Assembly (NCBI GenBank): GCA_044222475.1
Contig: JBGANF010000145.1
Span: 1-18,792, forward strand
Source: Polyangiaceae bacterium
Lineage (GTDB): Bacteria; Myxococcota_A; Polyangia; Polyangiales; Polyangiaceae
Direction: 5' to 3'
Length of the DNA: 18,792 nt
Part shown: in pieces, positions 17,449-18,792 of the stretch
Layout: every line of letters begins with the position of its first letter
How positions within the stretch are numbered: position 1 is the first letter of the stretch
Made by a program: the position numbers and the translations under genes
The notes under the pieces: model-generated
Told to the model about the DNA's origin: nothing
Seen by the model: the letters and a program-made list of their open reading frames with translations, nothing else
Database searches by the model: none

Positions 17449-17664
17449 GTCAGCGCGTGCCCATGCCGATGCGGTTGCCGCCATGGCCGGTCCTCCACCT
17501 CGCGCCGGTGAGAAGTCGAAAGCGGGACTCTGTCGCGTCAGCGCTCGCGAAAGATTTCGCGGCAGGATGCACGATCTGCACGTGACTTCTCCTCGGCCGG
17601 TCGAATGCCGCCACCGAAGGCTGCGCGAGAACGCGGCCCGCTTCGTGCTGACGAGGGCTGCAAC

Positions 17665-18792
17665 GTGGTGAACGTCGACGCTGAAACGAGCGCGCTCCAG
17701 CTCGAAGGCCTCGTCGGGCTTCGCGAGGAGGAGGCGCGCGCGCGGCTCGCGGACGATGGGCCGAACGAGCTCTCGGGGCCGCAGAGACGCAACCTCGTCA
17801 GGATCGTCTTGGAGGTCGTGCGCGAACCGATGCTTCTCATGCTCGTCGCTGCGGGGGCGGTGTACCTCCTTCTGGGAGAGGCGACCGACGCGCTCATGCT
17901 GCTCGGCTTCGTGTTCGTAGTCATGACGATCACGATCGTACAAGCGCGGCGTACGGAGCATGCGCTCGAGGCGCTTCGGGAGCTCTCCAGCCCACGCGCC
18001 CTCGTGATTCGCGACGGCGAACGCCGCCGCATCGGCGGACGTGATGTCGTACGCGGTGACCTGGTGGTCGTCGCCGAAGGCGACCGCGTCCCTGCCGATG
18101 GCCTCCTCCGACAAGCGCTTCATCTAGGAGCGGACGAGTCGCTGCTGACGGGCGAGTCCGCTCCTGTTCGCAAGGTGCCTTCGGCCGATGCGTCCTCCCT
18201 CGATCGACCCGGTGGCGACGACTTGCCCTCCGTGTTCTCCGGAACTCTGGTGACGTCCGGCCAGGGCATCGTCGAGATCGTCGCGACGGGCGCGCGCACG
18301 GAGCTCGGCAAGATCGGAAAGGCGCTCCAGGAGACGAAGCAAGAGCCGACGATGCTGCAAGTGGAGACCATGCGGATCGTACGGCGTCTTGCAGCCGCTG
18401 GGCTCGTGGCCTGTGCCATCGTCGTCGTCGCGTATGCGCTGACGCGCGGCGGCAGTGCGGAGGCATGGGAACGAGGGTTCCTTGCCGGAATCGCGATGGC
18501 GATGGCCATCCTGCCCGAGGAGTTCCCCGTCGTGCTCACCATCTTCCTCGCCCTCGGTGCGTGGAGACTCTCCCGCAGTCGCGTGCTCACGCGGCGGACT
18601 GCTGCGGTGGAGACGTTGGGAGCCGCCACGGTGCTTTGCGTCGACAAGACGGGCACGCTCACGCAGAACCAAATGACCCTGCGAAAGCTGGCCAGCGCCG
18701 GGAGCACCACGGATCTCGCCCACCCCGGAGTCGAGCTCTCGGACGAGCTGCGCAGCCTCCTCGAGCACGCCGTCCTCGCGAGTAGGCGCGAC
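17665..18792 (+). CDS. P-type cation-transporting ATPase, P2-like (5' part; runs off the window; not in the ORF track)
   Basis: Manual translation from GTG 17665 (GAGGG upstream): GLREEEARARLADDGPNEL, EGDRVPADG, DESLLTGES (TGES 18148-18159), ILPEEFP (PEEFP 18514-18528), phosphorylation motif DKTGT (18643-18657). Exact start uncertain. Confidence 0.93.
   Translation, partial: MVNVDAETSALQLEGLVGLREEEARARLADDGPNELSGPQRRNLVRIVLEVVREPMLLMLVAAGAVYLLLGEATDALMLLGFVFVVMTITIVQARRTEHALEALRELSSPRALVIRDGERRRIGGRDVVRGDLVVVAEGDRVPADGLLRQALHLGADESLLTGESAPVRKVPSADASSLDRPGGDDLPSVFSGTLVTSGQGIVEIVATGARTELGKIGKALQETKQEPTMLQVETMRIVRRLAAAGLVACAIVVVAYALTRGGSAEAWERGFLAGIAMAMAILPEEFPVVLTIFLALGAWRLSRSRVLTRRTAAVETLGAATVLCVDKTGTLTQNQMTLRKLASAGSTTDLAHPGVELSDELRSLLEHAVLASRRD

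Overview
High-GC bacterial DNA whose protein style (many Cys-rich lipoproteins with Asp-Ala-Gly/Asp-Gly-Gly tethers) suggests a myxobacterium of the Polyangiales/Sorangiineae type; this is an inference, not a database result. Left to right: (1) a SAM-dependent methyltransferase, cut by the window edge and absent from the ORF track, divergent from a LysR regulator with a T-N11-A dyad between them; (2) a GAF-PAS-AAA+-HTH sigma54 activator divergent from an AurF-type diiron protein and a MAPEG gene, with three enhancer-like repeats and a -24/-12 promoter readable between them; (3) a roughly 8 kb surface-signalling cluster: a secreted protein ending in a probable 8-stranded beta-barrel, an ECF sigma factor, a single-TM anti-sigma-like protein with a TPR-like end, and five larger lipoproteins (two DUF1565-like/beta-helix, one beta-propeller, two tandem 18-Cys paralogs); (4) a small lipoprotein, a CUT2 sugar ABC transporter and the 5' part of a P-type ATPase. 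The main observation is a bipartite motif, T-tract-TGATCG-N15/16-CC(A/G)AT-like, that sits in sense orientation just upstream of the ECF sigma gene and of three lipoprotein transcription units. It looks like the promoter of a locally encoded ECF regulon controlled by a barrel/anti-sigma relay. No rRNA, tRNA, CRISPR array or mobile element was seen.
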